From contig JBJMJD010000014.1 of NCBI GenBank assembly GCA_045806525.1, positions 9,538 through 73,537 of the forward strand: DNA of 64,000 nt. The letters are read 5' to 3'. The number at the start of each line of letters is the position of its first letter. Position 1 is the first letter of the stretch. Shown one piece after another: positions 1 through 13,205 of this stretch. The notes beneath the pieces were generated by a model. The model was not told where the DNA came from. It made no database searches and saw nothing but the letters and a program-made list of their open reading frames with translations. Made by a program: the position numbers and the translations under genes. This DNA comes from Gaiellales bacterium. GTDB lineage: Bacteria; Actinomycetota; Thermoleophilia; Gaiellales; JAICJC01.

Positions 1-548
1 AGCATCGACGCAAAGTCCGCGACCGGTCGCGACAGCCGCACCACCAGGGTCAGGGGGCCGGTGGCTCGTACCCCCGAAAGCGTGCCCGCTCCTGAGCCGC
101 AGGCGGCGTATCCGGACACCGGCTCGAGCACCGCGGCGTTCGGGGACGCCACGCGCGGGCTGCACAGCAAGCTCCAGTCGGCAACGAAGGTGGCGGCCGT
201 GACGGCGCCGGCACCGCCCGGAAACGAGACGTGCGGCCGCAGCCGGAACGTGTAGGTGCGGGCGTCCGGTGTCGACGACCAGCTGCGAGCGATCACCGGC
301 ACCGTACGAAGCGTCGAGGGGTCGGCGTCGACCAGCCCCGCGAACACGTTTCGCTCGATTATGAGTCCGGCCGCGTCGCCCCCGTAGAGCGGGGTCACCG
401 AGACCGGATCGGCGGGCAGCGCGTACACCAGCGTGCCGCCGTTCAACGGCGCCGGCTCGGTCGGCGCCGGAGCGGCGGCGCCGTGACCGCAGCCGGCGGC
501 CACAACCGCCAGTGCTACCAGCGACGCGCTACGAGAGCGCGTCCGCAC
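1..548 (-). CDS. ABC transporter peptide/nickel-type substrate-binding lipoprotein (family 5, OppA-like), truncated by the window edge
   Basis: Manual translation, not in the ORF track: GTG at 548, MRTRSRSASLVALAVVAAGC (lipobox), then GGTLVYALPADPVSVTP, NVFAGLVD, IARSWSSTPDARTYTFRLRP, typical of SBP_bac_5. Open to base 1. Confidence 0.85.
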   Translation of the reverse strand, partial: MRTRSRSASLVALAVVAAGCGHGAAAPAPTEPAPLNGGTLVYALPADPVSVTPLYGGDAAGLIIERNVFAGLVDADPSTLRTVPVIARSWSSTPDARTYTFRLRPHVSFPGGAGAVTAATFVADWSLLCSPRVASPNAAVLEPVSGYAACGSGAGTLSGVRATGPLTLVVRLSRPVADFASM

Positions 549-1401
549 CTGCGACCACCTCGAGGATCTCCTGGGTGATCTCGGCCTGGCGGGCGCGGTT
601 CATCTTCAGGGTGAGGTCGTCGATCAGGGTGCCGGCGTTGTCCGAGGCGTTGCGCATGGCCGTCATGCGGGCGCCATGCTCCGACGCGGTCGATTCCAGC
701 AGGGCGCGGTAGATGGTGACCTCGAGGTACCGGGGGATCAGTTCGGCCAGGACATCGCGCTCGTCCGGCTCGAAGATGTAGGAGCCCTCGACCTTGACCG
801 CCTCGCCCGTGACCGCCTCCTCGGGCACCGGCAGCAGCTCGACCTCCTCCAGCCGCTGCGTCAGCGCGGTGACGAAGTGGTTGTAGACCATCACCACCTG
901 GTCGACCTCGCCCTGCTCGTAGAGGTCGGCCACCCGCTCGGCGATCGCCTGCGCGTCTGAGTAGGCCGGACGGTCGGTGATGCCGGCGTAGTCGGCGGTC
1001 AGCGTCTGGCGGCGGAACCGCAGCGTGGAGGCGCCCCGCCGGCCGACCGCCAGCCACACCACCTCCCGGCCGCCGGCGCGCTGCTCGCGCGCGATCTCCA
1101 GGGAGCGGCGGACGACGTTGGCGTTGAACGCGCCGGCCAGGCCGCGGTCGCCCGTCAGCGCGACCACGGCCACGGTCTTCACGTCGCGGCGGGCCAGCAG
1201 CGGCTGGTCGCTGAGATCGCCGGTGGCGGCCGCAACATCCACCGTCAGCTGCTGCATGCGGTCGGCGTAGGGCCGCAGCGCCTCGATCCGTGCCTGTGCG
1301 CGACGCAGGCGCGATCCCGCCACCAGCTCCATGGCCTTGGTGATCTTCTTGGTGTTGTTGACGGAGCTGATCCGCCGCTTGATGTCCTGCTGGGTGGCCA
1401 T
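529..1401 (-). CDS. atpG: F0F1 ATP synthase gamma subunit
   Basis: [67 protein letters not shown]. Start trimmed to ATG 1401. Confidence 0.97.
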   Translation of the reverse strand: MATQQDIKRRISSVNNTKKITKAMELVAGSRLRRAQARIEALRPYADRMQQLTVDVAAATGDLSDQPLLARRDVKTVAVVALTGDRGLAGAFNANVVRRSLEIAREQRAGGREVVWLAVGRRGASTLRFRRQTLTADYAGITDRPAYSDAQAIAERVADLYEQGEVDQVVMVYNHFVTALTQRLEEVELLPVPEEAVTGEAVKVEGSYIFEPDERDVLAELIPRYLEVTIYRALLESTASEHGARMTAMRNASDNAGTLIDDLTLKMNRARQAEITQEILEVVAGADALS

Positions 1402-2933
1402 CAGACCGCGGCTGTGGCCTCTGTCTCCGTCGGCTGGAAGCTCTCGGAGAGGGACTCGGCCGCCTTGCGCAACTCGGCCTCGGTTTCGTCGGAGAGCTCG
1501 CCGGTGTCCCGGATTGCAGTCAGCACCTTGCCGCCCGCCTCGAGATACTGGATAAGCTCGGCCTGGAAGCGTGGCACGTCGGCCACCTCGACCGGGTCGA
1601 GGAAGCCGTTGGTGGCGGCCCAGATCGATGCCACCTGGTTCTCGAACGGCCACGGGTTGTACTGCGGCTGGTTCAGCGTCGCCACCAGCCGCTGACCGCG
1701 CTTGAGCTGCTGCTGGGTGGTCTCGTCCAGCTCGGATGCGAACTGCGCGAATGCCTCCAGCGAACGGTAGGACGCCAGATCGAGGCGGAGGCGGCCCGCC
1801 ACCTTACGCATCGCACGGCGCTGGGCGTTGCCGCCCACGCGCGAGACCGAGATGCCGGCGTTGATCGCCGGGCGAACGCCCGAGAAGAACAGATCCGGCT
1901 GCAGGAAGATCTGACCGTCGGTGATCGAGATCACGTTGGTCGGGATGTACGCCGAGACGTCGCCCGCCTGGGTCTCGATCACCGGCAGCGCCGTCAGCGA
2001 TCCCGCGCCCAGCTCGTCGGACAGCTTCACCGCGCGCTCGAGCAGGCGCGAGTGCAGGTAGAAGACGTCGCCCGGATAAGCCTCGCGGCCCGGCGGGCGC
2101 CGCACCAGCAGCGACATCTGGCGGTAGGCGTCGGCGTGCTTGGAGAGGTCGTCGTACATCAGCAGCGCGTGCTTGCCGTTGTAGAGGAAGTACTCGCCCA
2201 TCGCGCAGCCCGCGTAGGGGGCCATGTACTTGATCGGGGCGGCCTCCGAGGCCGGGGCCGAGACGATGATCGTGTAGTCCATCGCGCCGGCCGACCGCAG
2301 CGTCTCCTCCACCTGGCGCACGGTCGACGCCTTCTGACCGATGGCGACATAGATGCAGATCATGTCCTGACCCTTCTGGTTCAGGATCGTGTCCACGCAG
2401 ATCGCGGTCTTGCCGGTGCCACGGTCGCCGATGATCAGCTCACGCTGGCCACGGCCGATCGGGATCATGGCGTCGATGGCCTTGATGCCGGTCTGCACCG
2501 GCTCCTTCACGGGCTGGCGGTCGACCACGCCGGGGGCCTTGAACTCGAGCGGGCGCGTCTCTGAGGTCTCGATCGGAGGGCCGCCGTCGATCGGGTTGCC
2601 GAGTGGATCCACCACCCGGCCGATCAGCGCGTCGCCGACCGGCACCGACATCACCTCGCCGGTGCGCTTGACGGTGTCGCCCTCCTCGACCTTCTCCCAG
2701 TCGCCGAACAGCACCGCGGCGACGTTGTCCTCCTCCAGGTTCAGCGCGAGGCCGGTGACCCCGTGGGGCAGCTCAAGCTTCTCGAGCGCGACGCACGCCG
2801 TCAGCCCGTAGATGCGGGCGATACCGTCGCCGATCTGGATAACCGTGCCGACCTCTTCGATGTCGACATCAACCTCATAGCGCTCGATCTCGGACTTGAG
2901 GATCGAGGCGATCTCGTCTGGCCGTAGCTTCAC
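1401..2933 (-). CDS. atpA: F0F1 ATP synthase alpha subunit
   Basis: [17 protein letters not shown] Walker [22 protein letters not shown]. Confidence 0.99.
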   Translation of the reverse strand: MKLRPDEIASILKSEIERYEVDVDIEEVGTVIQIGDGIARIYGLTACVALEKLELPHGVTGLALNLEEDNVAAVLFGDWEKVEEGDTVKRTGEVMSVPVGDALIGRVVDPLGNPIDGGPPIETSETRPLEFKAPGVVDRQPVKEPVQTGIKAIDAMIPIGRGQRELIIGDRGTGKTAICVDTILNQKGQDMICIYVAIGQKASTVRQVEETLRSAGAMDYTIIVSAPASEAAPIKYMAPYAGCAMGEYFLYNGKHALLMYDDLSKHADAYRQMSLLVRRPPGREAYPGDVFYLHSRLLERAVKLSDELGAGSLTALPVIETQAGDVSAYIPTNVISITDGQIFLQPDLFFSGVRPAINAGISVSRVGGNAQRRAMRKVAGRLRLDLASYRSLEAFAQFASELDETTQQQLKRGQRLVATLNQPQYNPWPFENQVASIWAATNGFLDPVEVADVPRFQAELIQYLEAGGKVLTAIRDTGELSDETEAELRKAAESLSESFQPTETEATAAV

Positions 2934-3496
2934 GCTTCGCTCCCAACTGGCAGGGGTGTGGTGATCAGTGCGCGGTGGATCTCGTCCAGCTCGCGCTGTA
3001 CCGAGGCGTCCAGGAGGACGCCGCGGGCACGCAGCACGATCCCGCCGATGATCGCGGGGTCGATCTTTGGCTCGAGCCGTGCCTGCAGGCCGGTGGCCTG
3101 CTCGATGCTCTGCTGCAGCTGCTGCGCCTGAGCGGGGGCGAGCTCGACGGCGGTGGTCACCTCGATGTCCAGGATGCGCTCCTGCTCGGCGGCCAGCTCG
3201 GCGTAGGAGACGGATACGTCGTGCAGGAGCTCCAGCCGGCCGTTGTCGACCAGCACCAGCATCGCGTTTCGGACAAGCGGGTCGGCGTCCTTCAGCAGCG
3301 CGGCAACGATCCGCCGCTTGGACTCGGGCGGCAGCCGCGGGTTCAGCAACGAGCTCAGCGCCGCGCGGTCGGAGGCCAGCGACTCCATGAAGTCGCGCAG
3401 GTCGGCGTCCACGGCCGGCACGCGGCCGGCCTCTTCGGCGGCGCGAAACAGCGCCTCTGCGTACACCCGTCCACCGTGGTCGATCAGCTCCGCCAC
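2930..3496 (-). CDS. atpH: F0F1 ATP synthase delta subunit
   Basis: [24 protein letters not shown]; lies between atpF and atpA. Confidence 0.95.
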   Translation of the reverse strand: MAELIDHGGRVYAEALFRAAEEAGRVPAVDADLRDFMESLASDRAALSSLLNPRLPPESKRRIVAALLKDADPLVRNAMLVLVDNGRLELLHDVSVSYAELAAEQERILDIEVTTAVELAPAQAQQLQQSIEQATGLQARLEPKIDPAIIGGIVLRARGVLLDASVQRELDEIHRALITTPLPVGSEA

Positions 3497-4056
3497 TAGT
3501 CGCCGCCCTCCGCAGCCGTGCCCGACTCGGCAGGCGCGAACTGGCTGAAGTCGACGTCGGCCATGGCCTCGTCGATCAGCCGACGCTGTTCGGTCTCGTC
3601 CAGCTGCCGGCGCACCACCTTCTCGGCCGTGGCGACGGTCAGGTCGGCCAGCTGGTCGCGGATCGCCTGTAGCGAGGAGCGTGTCTCGGAGTCGATCTCG
3701 TCCTTGGCCCGCTTCAGCAGCCGGTTCTTCTCGGCCTCCAGATCAGCGATGTCGCGGGCGCGCTGCTGCTCGGATGCCCGCCGTGCCTCCTCGATGATCT
3801 TGGTCGCCTCGCGGCGTGAGTCGGCGAGCGCCTGGCGGTACTCGGCCAGCGCCGACTGCGCCTCCTCGCGGGCGTGCTCGGCGGCGTCGATGTCGGCGGC
3901 GATGGCGTTGCGCCGCTCGTCGAGCGTGGCCTGGATCGGGCCGAAGGCGAACTTCTTCAGCACGATCAGGACGATCACGAACGACACGATCGTCCAGAAC
4001 ATCAACCCGAAGTTGATGTCGATCAGGCTCGGTTTTGCGGCTGCCAGGATCAGCAT
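3496..4056 (-). CDS. atpF: F0F1 ATP synthase subunit b
   Basis: N-terminal TM ([22 protein letters not shown]) followed by a long coiled coil. Confidence 0.95.
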   Translation of the reverse strand: MLILAAAKPSLIDINFGLMFWTIVSFVIVLIVLKKFAFGPIQATLDERRNAIAADIDAAEHAREEAQSALAEYRQALADSRREATKIIEEARRASEQQRARDIADLEAEKNRLLKRAKDEIDSETRSSLQAIRDQLADLTVATAEKVVRRQLDETEQRRLIDEAMADVDFSQFAPAESGTAAEGGD

Positions 4057-4069
4057 CTGCTCAGCGCTC

Positions 4070-5201
<1,132 letters not shown>

Positions 5202-5594
5202 CTAGGCGGTCCTGCCGGCGTGGGTGCGGATGTTGCGGTGCGTGAGGATGCGAGTGGCGATGTCGACCGTGACCAGCACCATGAACAGGACCACCGAGGA
5301 TATCGCCAGGGTGCTGTCGTGGCGGGTGATCAGGAACAGCAGCAGCATGCCGATCCAGGGGCGCAGCAGCATGCTCGCGCCCAGCACACCGACGGCGCGG
5401 AGCGCGCCCATCTGCACGGCGCGGCGCTCCACCATCACCTGCACCACGCGGTTGCCGGCCCAGATCGCCACCGCCCAGAACCAGCCCTCGAGCGGCAGGC
5501 CGGTCAGCGCGAACACCGGCAGCGCCAGGATCGCGAGCATGGCGTCCAGGTTGTGGAGGGCGAGCTTCTGCATTGTCGGAGTCTGGCTGCTCAT
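5202..5594 (-). CDS. ATP synthase accessory membrane protein (AtpI-like)
   Basis: About 130 aa with 4 hydrophobic segments, directly upstream of atpB; ATG 5594 overlaps the upstream stop (ATGA). Confidence 0.7.
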   Translation of the reverse strand: MSSQTPTMQKLALHNLDAMLAILALPVFALTGLPLEGWFWAVAIWAGNRVVQVMVERRAVQMGALRAVGVLGASMLLRPWIGMLLLFLITRHDSTLAISSVVLFMVLVTVDIATRILTHRNIRTHAGRTA

Positions 5595-5785
5595 ATGTCC
5601 CGGTACTGGCGGTAGACGAGGTAGAAGCTGAGCGGCACCCCGATGGCGAATCCGACCGCCGCTCCTGCAAGCGCGTTGCCCGCCAACCAGCCGGCGCCGA
5701 GCCCGAGCGCCGCGCACACGATCAGCGCAGCGAGGAGGTACATCCCCGCGCCCGCCGCCCTCGCGGCGGGTCGCTGCTCACCCAT
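5591..5785 (-). CDS. AtpZ/AtpI family small membrane protein
   Basis: 64 aa, two Gly-rich TM helices, first gene of the atp operon. Confidence 0.7.
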   Translation of the reverse strand: MGEQRPAARAAGAGMYLLAALIVCAALGLGAGWLAGNALAGAAVGFAIGVPLSFYLVYRQYRDI

Positions 5786-5831
5786 GTGTCGGTCCCGTGC
5801 TCGCCGCCCTCAACATCCGGCGGGCGCAGGC

Positions 5832-5861
5832 AGTATGCCAGAAACGGCGACTATGTGACAA
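5832..5861 (-). promoter_or_regulatory. Putative housekeeping-sigma promoter of the atp operon
   Basis: TTGTCA (-35), 18 nt spacer, CATACT preceded by TGn (extended -10) on the minus strand. Confidence 0.5.
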
Positions 5862-5924
5862 CCTCGAATGCATGTTGCGATGGCCGCAAACCCGCATAGA
5901 TCGGGAAAAACTGCGAAAAGGAGC

Positions 5925-7055
5925 TCATGCAGCCCGCTTGCTTTGTGGCACGTCCTCGCCACGCCGTGTTCGCAGCAGGCCGATCGCCCGCAGGTGCCTC
6001 GCCTTCAGGATCTCCAGTAGATAGATGACGTACACGGAGGTGCACACCGCCAGCAGCCCAAGCCCGACCAGCACCCCGACCGCCACCGGGCTCCAGTCGT
6101 GCCGGTGATTGGGGACGAACCGGATCGCCAGCGCCAGCGCCGACAGAATGCAGCACCAGCCGTACAGGTAGAGGGCCGTGCGACGCTGCGAGAAGCCGAT
6201 GTTCGCGAACCGGTGGTGGAAGTGCCAGCGGTCGGCCTGGTAGATCGGCTGGCCGTGCTTGATCCGCTTCAGGATCACGAACGACGTGTCGAGGATCGGC
6301 AGCGCCAGCACCATCAGCGGGAACACCAGGGACACGGCCGCCGCCGTCTTCAGGACGCCCTGGATCGCGAGCGCTGCCAGCAGGTAGCCCAGCATCAGCG
6401 ACCCGGAGTCGCCCATGAAGATCGTGGCCGGGTTGAAGTTGTAGATGAGGAAGCCGAAGGCGGCTCCGGCCACGATCGCGCTGATGGCGGCCGCATCGGC
6501 CCGCCCGAGCGACACGGATAGCACCGCGAAGGTGAGCGAGGCGATGCCGCAGAAGCCGGCGGCGAGGCCGTCCAGGCCGTCGATGAAGTTGACGATATTG
6601 ACGATCGCGACGATCCAGAACACCGTCACGGGGTACTGCCAGACGCCCAGGTCGAAGGCGCCTATGAGTGGCAGGGTGACGTGGTCGATGGTCACGCCGA
6701 GCGCCGCCGGGATGCACGCGATCAGCACGATGCCGAGCATCTTGGCGCCCGGGTGCAGCGGCCGGATGTCGTCCAGCGCGCCCAGTGCGCACATCAGCGC
6801 GGCGCCCGCGATGATTCCCCAGAACCCGTGGCTGTGGCCGAGCGCGGCCGACGGGATCACGATCGCACCCAGGATCGCCAGGCCGCCGAGCAGCGGCGTG
6901 GGGCGATTGTGCATGCGCCGCTCGTCCACCGAGCGGTCGACGATTCCCGTCATCCAGGCCAACTGCGAAACGACCGGCGTCAGCAGCACCGCCAGCAGGA
7001 ACGCGACCGCGAAGCCCACCACGGCCGCCTGATAGTCGATCAGCCCGCCGTTCAT
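5925..7055 (-). CDS. Polyprenyl-phosphate GlcNAc-1-phosphate transferase (WecA/TagO, MraY family)
   Basis: TPLLGGLAI, GALDD, NIVNFIDGLDGLA, FNPATIFMGDSGS, ADRWHFHH. Confidence 0.93.
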   Translation of the reverse strand: MNGGLIDYQAAVVGFAVAFLLAVLLTPVVSQLAWMTGIVDRSVDERRMHNRPTPLLGGLAILGAIVIPSAALGHSHGFWGIIAGAALMCALGALDDIRPLHPGAKMLGIVLIACIPAALGVTIDHVTLPLIGAFDLGVWQYPVTVFWIVAIVNIVNFIDGLDGLAAGFCGIASLTFAVLSVSLGRADAAAISAIVAGAAFGFLIYNFNPATIFMGDSGSLMLGYLLAALAIQGVLKTAAAVSLVFPLMVLALPILDTSFVILKRIKHGQPIYQADRWHFHHRFANIGFSQRRTALYLYGWCCILSALALAIRFVPNHRHDWSPVAVGVLVGLGLLAVCTSVYVIYLLEILKARHLRAIGLLRTRRGEDVPQSKRAA

Positions 7056-7088
7056 GTCGGCAAAAGCGTACAGGAGCGGTCGGGCACG

Positions 7089-7736
7089 CTACCGCGTCCC
7101 GTACAGGCGGTCGCCGGCGTCGCCCAGGCCGGGCAGGATGAAGCCCTGGTCGTTGAGCTCGCGGTCGAGCGCCGCGACCACCACCTCGACGTCGGGATGG
7201 TCGGTCTCCAGGCGGGCCACCCCTTCCGGCACGGCCACCAGCGCCACCATCGTCACCCGGCGCGCGCCCTGCTCCTTGCAGAGGCGGATCGCGGCCGACG
7301 CCGACCCGCCGGTTGCCAGCATCGGGTCGAGCACGATCACGTCGCGCTCGGCCAGGTCCCCCGGCAGCTTGCAGTAGTACTCGACCGGCATCAGCGTCTG
7401 CTCGTCGCGGTAGAGGCCCACGAAGCCGACGCGGGCGACCGGGATCAGATCGAGCACGGCGTCCAGCATGCCGACGCCCGCGCGCAGCACCGCCACCACA
7501 CCGAGCTTCTTGCCCGACACGCGGTGCGCGGGCGCCAGCTCCAGCGGCGTCCGCACCTCGGTCGGCTCCAGCTCGAGGCCGCGGGTGGCCTCGTAGCAGA
7601 GGAATGCGGCCAGCTCGCCGGCCAGCAGTCGGAAGTCGCGGGTGGTGGTGTCGCGGTCGCGCAGCAGACCGAGCTTGTGCTGCACCAGCGGGTGGTCAAC
7701 GACCGTGAGCGCCGCGTAGCTCGTGGAATCAACCAT
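7089..7736 (-). CDS. upp: Uracil phosphoribosyltransferase
   Basis: [34 protein letters not shown]. Confidence 0.98.
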   Translation of the reverse strand: MVDSTSYAALTVVDHPLVQHKLGLLRDRDTTTRDFRLLAGELAAFLCYEATRGLELEPTEVRTPLELAPAHRVSGKKLGVVAVLRAGVGMLDAVLDLIPVARVGFVGLYRDEQTLMPVEYYCKLPGDLAERDVIVLDPMLATGGSASAAIRLCKEQGARRVTMVALVAVPEGVARLETDHPDVEVVVAALDRELNDQGFILPGLGDAGDRLYGTR

Positions 7737-7740
7737 CTAA
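7709..7740 (-). repeat. 32-bp copy of the left end of the MITE-like element at 43087
   Basis: TTAGATGGTTGATTCCACGAGCTACGCGGCGC (minus strand) is 31/32 identical to 43087-43118. Confidence 0.8.
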
Positions 7741-9035
7741 ATGGTCGAGTACCCGTGCGCGAAGGCCGGGTACAGCGGCCGCGCCGCCATCAGCTCCCGC
7801 GTCCGCTCGCGCAGCGCCCTCAGGTCGGCGACCGGATCGAGCGTCTCCAGGATGATCGCCGCCACCTCGCGCATGTCGTGCTCGTCCAGGCCGCGCATGG
7901 TTGCGGCCGGCGTGCCGATGCGGACGCCGGACGCGATCGTGGGCGGACGCTCGTCGAAGGGAACGGTGTTGCGGTTGACCGTGATCGCGACCTCGTGCAA
8001 TCGCTCCTCGGCGTCCTTGCCCGACCACCGGGTAGTGCGCAGGTCGAGCTGCAGCAGGTGGTTGTCGGTTCCGTCGGTGAGCAGCCGCAGGCCGCCGTCC
8101 ATCAGGGTTTGGGCAAGGGTCGCCGCGTTGGTGACGACCTGCCGCTGGTAGTCGCGGAAGCCCTCGCTCTGGGCGATCTTGAAGCAGACGGCCTTGGCCG
8201 CGACGACGTGGCAGAGGGGACCGCCCTGCAGACCCGGGAACACCGCCCGGTCGACGGCCTTGGCGTGCTCGGCGCGCGACAGCACCAGGCCGGCGCGCGG
8301 CCCGGCCAGCGTCTTGTGCGTGGTCGAGGTGACCACGTCGGCGTGCTCCACCGGGTTCGGGTGCAGGCCGGCCGCGACCAGCCCGGCGAAGTGCGCCATG
8401 TCCACCATCACCATGGCGCCCACCTCGTCCGCGATCTCACGGAAGCGGGCGGCATCGATGACCCTTGGGTAGGCGGAGGCGCCGGCCACGATCAGCTTCG
8501 GCCGCACCTCGTGCGCCAGCCGCCGCACCTCGTCGAAGTCGATCAGCGAGTCCTCACGGCGGACGCCGTACGGGTGCACGTCGTAGAGACGGCCGGAGAA
8601 GTTGACCTTGAGCCCGTGGGTGAGGTGGCCGCCGTGGTCGAGGCGCAGGCCCAGGATCGCGTCGCCGGGCTCGATCAGGGCGAAGTAGGCGGCCATGTTG
8701 GCCGGCCCGCCGGCATGCGGCTGGACGTTGGCGTGGTCGGCGCCGAACAGCTCCGTGGCGCGGTCGATGGCGAGCTGCTCGACCTCGTCCACCCACTCGC
8801 AGCCCCCGTAGTAGCGGTGCCCCGGATAGCCCTCGGCGTACTTGTTCGTCAGCACCGAGCCGACCGCCTCCAGCACCGCTGGCCAGGTGAAGTTCTCGGA
8901 CGCGATCAGCTCCAGCTGATCGCGCTGGCGGCCCAGCTCACTGTCGATCAGCGCCGCGATGGCGGGATCGGTCTCGGCCAGCCCGGCCGTCTGGAACTGC
9001 CTCAAGGTGTGCTCGGCCGTGGCCACCGGCACCAC
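7737..9035 (-). CDS. glyA: Serine hydroxymethyltransferase
   Basis: [35 protein letters not shown] (PLP Lys); start may be GTG 9026. Confidence 0.98.
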   Translation of the reverse strand: MVPVATAEHTLRQFQTAGLAETDPAIAALIDSELGRQRDQLELIASENFTWPAVLEAVGSVLTNKYAEGYPGHRYYGGCEWVDEVEQLAIDRATELFGADHANVQPHAGGPANMAAYFALIEPGDAILGLRLDHGGHLTHGLKVNFSGRLYDVHPYGVRREDSLIDFDEVRRLAHEVRPKLIVAGASAYPRVIDAARFREIADEVGAMVMVDMAHFAGLVAAGLHPNPVEHADVVTSTTHKTLAGPRAGLVLSRAEHAKAVDRAVFPGLQGGPLCHVVAAKAVCFKIAQSEGFRDYQRQVVTNAATLAQTLMDGGLRLLTDGTDNHLLQLDLRTTRWSGKDAEERLHEVAITVNRNTVPFDERPPTIASGVRIGTPAATMRGLDEHDMREVAAIILETLDPVADLRALRERTRELMAARPLYPAFAHGYSTI

Positions 9036-9067
9036 CCCCTTCGTCGTCGGATCGGCTCGTGGCGATG

Positions 9068-9502
9068 CTACTCGATGGGCCCGGCATCGGGCTCAGCCGA
9101 AAGCGGCCGCACCGGCAGGCCGGCCGCCGACCACGCCTGGAAACCGCCAACCATGTCGGTGGCACGGTCGCATCCGAGCCGCTGCAGGGTGGCCGCCGCA
9201 AGGCTCGAGGAGTAGCCCTGCTCGCACATCACGATCACGGGGCCGGAGTAGGCGGCGAACCGCTCGTCGAACCAGGCCGAGGTTGGATCGACCCGCCACT
9301 CGAGCACGTTTCGGTGCACTCGGATGGAGCCCGGCACGATGCCGCCCGCGGCACGCTGCTCGTGGCTGCGGGTGTCGACGATCACACCGCCCGCCCGCAC
9401 CGCCTGCTCGGCCTGGCGCGGTTCCAGGCGCCGCAGCAGCAGACGCTCCTGCTCGAGCAGGCGGTCGATCGGGCTGGGTGTGGTGGTCTCCTCGTCGCTC
9501 AT
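9068..9502 (-). CDS. Rhodanese-like domain protein
   Basis: [34 protein letters not shown]. Confidence 0.85.
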   Translation of the reverse strand: MSDEETTTPSPIDRLLEQERLLLRRLEPRQAEQAVRAGGVIVDTRSHEQRAAGGIVPGSIRVHRNVLEWRVDPTSAWFDERFAAYSGPVIVMCEQGYSSSLAAATLQRLGCDRATDMVGGFQAWSAAGLPVRPLSAEPDAGPIE

Positions 9503-10095
9503 CGCAGCAGCTCCAGTGCGCGTTCCAGGCCGGGGCCCTCACGAAGGACGCGAAGCTCCGGGCCGGTGACATCGATCACGGTTGACGGTACGCCGCCGAG
9601 CGGGCCGCCGTCCACCTCGAACGCGGCCGCAGCACGAAGCTGATCCGGCACCTGGGCGAGCCGGGACGGATCCGGCCCGCCGCGCAGGTTGGCGCTGGTC
9701 ATGAGCAGGCCGCCGGCCCCGTCCGCGAGGCCGGCGACGCCGGGGTCGAGCAGGGGGACGCGCACGCCGATGCGCTCAGGCGCGTCACCGCAGATGTGAG
9801 CCAGGCGGCCGGCCGGGTTGGGCACGATCAGCGTGTATGGGCCAGGCAACAGCGCCCGGCACGCGGCGGCGGCGCGTGCGCCCATCTCCGGCAGCAGCTC
9901 GAGCAGGGCCGGTACCGATCCCAGCACCGCCGCCGTGGCCTGGGTCGCCGGCCGGCGCTTGAGCGCGTAGAGCCGCTCGCAGGCGTCAACGTCGGCAGCG
10001 GCACATGCGATCCCGTAGACCGTGTCGGTCGGCAGCAGCGCCAGGCCGCCGTCGCCCAGCAGCCGCGACGCATCGGCCGGAACGTTCACCGCCAC
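9499..10095 (-). CDS. tsaC: L-threonylcarbamoyladenylate synthase (TsaC/Sua5)
   Basis: PTDTVYGI, KRRP, PGPYTL, IGVRVP, TSANLRG, PSTVID; start at GTG 10095 or 10089. Confidence 0.92.
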   Translation of the reverse strand: MAVNVPADASRLLGDGGLALLPTDTVYGIACAAADVDACERLYALKRRPATQATAAVLGSVPALLELLPEMGARAAAACRALLPGPYTLIVPNPAGRLAHICGDAPERIGVRVPLLDPGVAGLADGAGGLLMTSANLRGGPDPSRLAQVPDQLRAAAAFEVDGGPLGGVPSTVIDVTGPELRVLREGPGLERALELLR

Positions 10096-10924
10096 GGCGC
10101 CCACACCACCCGATCGATGCCGGCCAGGTCGGCATCGATCCCCGCCGGTCCGTACCCGGTGGCGGCAAGCTCGGCGACCAGCGCCGGCGCCTGGCCGCTC
10201 CCACACTCGAGTGCCACGCTGCCGCCGTCCACCAGCCGCCCCGCGGCCTCGGGCAGCAGACGCCGGTAGACCTCGAGGCCGTCCCGCCCGGCAACGGTCG
10301 CCAGCCGCGGCTCGTGCTCGGCCACCTCCGGCTCCAGATCCGCCATCTCCCGCTCCGACACGTACGGCGGGTTCGAGACGACCAGCCGGAAGCCGCCGCC
10401 CGGCACCTGCGCGAGCAGGTCGGAGAGGTGCAGCTCGACGTCAAGGCCCAGCCGCGCCGCATTGGCGGCGGCCACGTCGAGGGCGTCCTGGGAGATGTCG
10501 CAGGCGACCACCTCGGCGTCCGGGCGCTCGGACTTCAGCGACAGAGCGATTGCGCCCGAGCCCGTGCCGATGTCGACCAGCCGCGGCCGCTCGACGCCCT
10601 CCAGCAGCTCCAGGCAGCGGTCGACCAGCAGCTCCGTCTCGGGCCGGGGCACCAGCACGCGCGCGTCGACCGCGAGCTCCAGTCCCCGGAATCCCCAGCT
10701 GCCGATCACGTAGGCCACCGGCTCGCGCAGGCCGCGGCGGCGCACCAGCTCGCGGCAGGCGGCCAGCTCGTCGTCGTCCAGCGGGCGGTCGAACTGGGTG
10801 TAGAGCTCGACCCGGGAAAGCCCGAGGCCGTGCGCCAGCAGCAGCTCGGCGTCGAGGCGCGGGGTCGGGCTGCCGTGCTGCTCGAGGTAGCCGGTGGAGC
10901 GGCGGAGCACCTCCGCCAGGGTGA

Positions 10925-10928
<4 letters not shown>
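10086..10928 (-). CDS. prmC: Release factor glutamine methyltransferase
   Basis: VLVPRPETE, DIGTGSGAI, SNPPYV. Confidence 0.97.
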
Positions 10929-11992
<1,064 letters not shown>

Positions 11993-12018
11993 GGTGGAAT
12001 GGAGGATACCGAGCGGGG

Positions 12019-12939
12019 CTACGCCATCACTTCGACGCGGCTCACGCCGCGCTCGGCCTGCGACCGCTCCTCCGCCGCCAGCACGTCGCGGAGCGCGTTG
12101 ATCGAGACCTCGACCTGGTCGAGCGTGGGCTCGCGCGTGGTCAGCGACTGCAGCCACAGCCCCGGCGCCAGCAGCTTGCGGACGATCGGGTTGTCCGGGT
12201 GCCGGGCGCCGAATCGGATCAGCTCGTAGGCGAGCCCCGCGATCACGGGCAGCAGCAGCACCCGCGACGCGATCAGGACCGGCCAGGCCGGGCGGCCCAC
12301 CAGCGCGAACACGAACACGGCGATCACCATCACCCAGAGCAGGAACGCGGTGCCGCAGCGCAGGTGGATCTTGGAGTAGGTCTGGACGCGCTCGGGCGTC
12401 AGCTCGGCCCCGTCCTCGTAGGCGTTGATCGCCTTGTGCTCGGCCGCGTGGTACTGGAAGACGCGATTCAGGTCGGGGATCAGGCCGATCACATACAGGT
12501 AGCCGATCAGCAGCGACACACGGATCACGCCCTCGACCAGCACGAACAGGATCGTGTTGTGGATCGGCAGCAGCTCGGTCAGGATGGCCGGCGAGACCTT
12601 GAACACGATCACGGTGAAGCCGATCGCGACGGCGAAGGCGAAGATCATCTGGCCGCGGGTGATCTCGCCGGTGGGCAGGCCGTCGTCGCCCTCCTCGATC
12701 GACGCCACGCTGGCCGATATGGCCAGCGCGCGGAAGCCGATGGCCAGCGACTCACCCAGCGCCACGACACCGCGGATCACGGGCAGCCGCAGCCAGCGGC
12801 GGCGCGAGGCGGGGCTGGTGACGGGGTTGGAGACGCACGAGACGCCGCCGTCCGGCCGCCGCACCGCGACGGACCACGACGACGGCGTGCGCATCATCAC
12901 GCCTTCGAGAACCGCCTGACCACCGACATTCGCGCTCAT
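12019..12939 (-). CDS. DUF1385 family membrane protein
   Basis: GGQAVLEGVMMR, YHAAEHK, RCGTAF, LQSLTTREP; conserved position between rpmE and prfA. Confidence 0.9.
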   Translation of the reverse strand: MSANVGGQAVLEGVMMRTPSSWSVAVRRPDGGVSCVSNPVTSPASRRRWLRLPVIRGVVALGESLAIGFRALAISASVASIEEGDDGLPTGEITRGQMIFAFAVAIGFTVIVFKVSPAILTELLPIHNTILFVLVEGVIRVSLLIGYLYVIGLIPDLNRVFQYHAAEHKAINAYEDGAELTPERVQTYSKIHLRCGTAFLLWVMVIAVFVFALVGRPAWPVLIASRVLLLPVIAGLAYELIRFGARHPDNPIVRKLLAPGLWLQSLTTREPTLDQVEVSINALRDVLAAEERSQAERGVSRVEVMA

Positions 12940-12994
12940 CTTCGCAATCATTGTCGGCACGACGCAGGCGCGCAATGAGCGCCGGCGTTACGTG

Positions 12995-13201
12995 CTAGGA
13001 GGAGGAGCGAGCCTGGCGGCGGCGGAAGCGCTCCACGCGACCGCCCGTATCCACCAGCTTCTGCTTGCCGGTATAGAACGGATGGCACTCGGAGCAGATC
13101 TCGACCGATAACTCGGGCTTGGTCGAACGCGTCAGAAACTCGTTGCCGCACGAGCAGTGCACCCGGGCGACCACATATTCGGGATGGATCTCAGTCTTCA
13201 T
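12995..13201 (-). CDS. rpmE: 50S ribosomal protein L31 (Zn-binding type)
   Basis: [12 protein letters not shown] and [17 protein letters not shown]. Confidence 0.98.
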   Translation of the reverse strand: MKTEIHPEYVVARVHCSCGNEFLTRSTKPELSVEICSECHPFYTGKQKLVDTGGRVERFRRRQARSSS

Positions 13202-13205
13202 ACAG

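Noticed and set aside
6681-9215. 844-aa plus-strand ORF, and similar long ORFs such as 20329-22689 and 24901-26625
   Set aside because: Antisense shadows of well-supported genes, expected at very high GC; no recognisable motifs.
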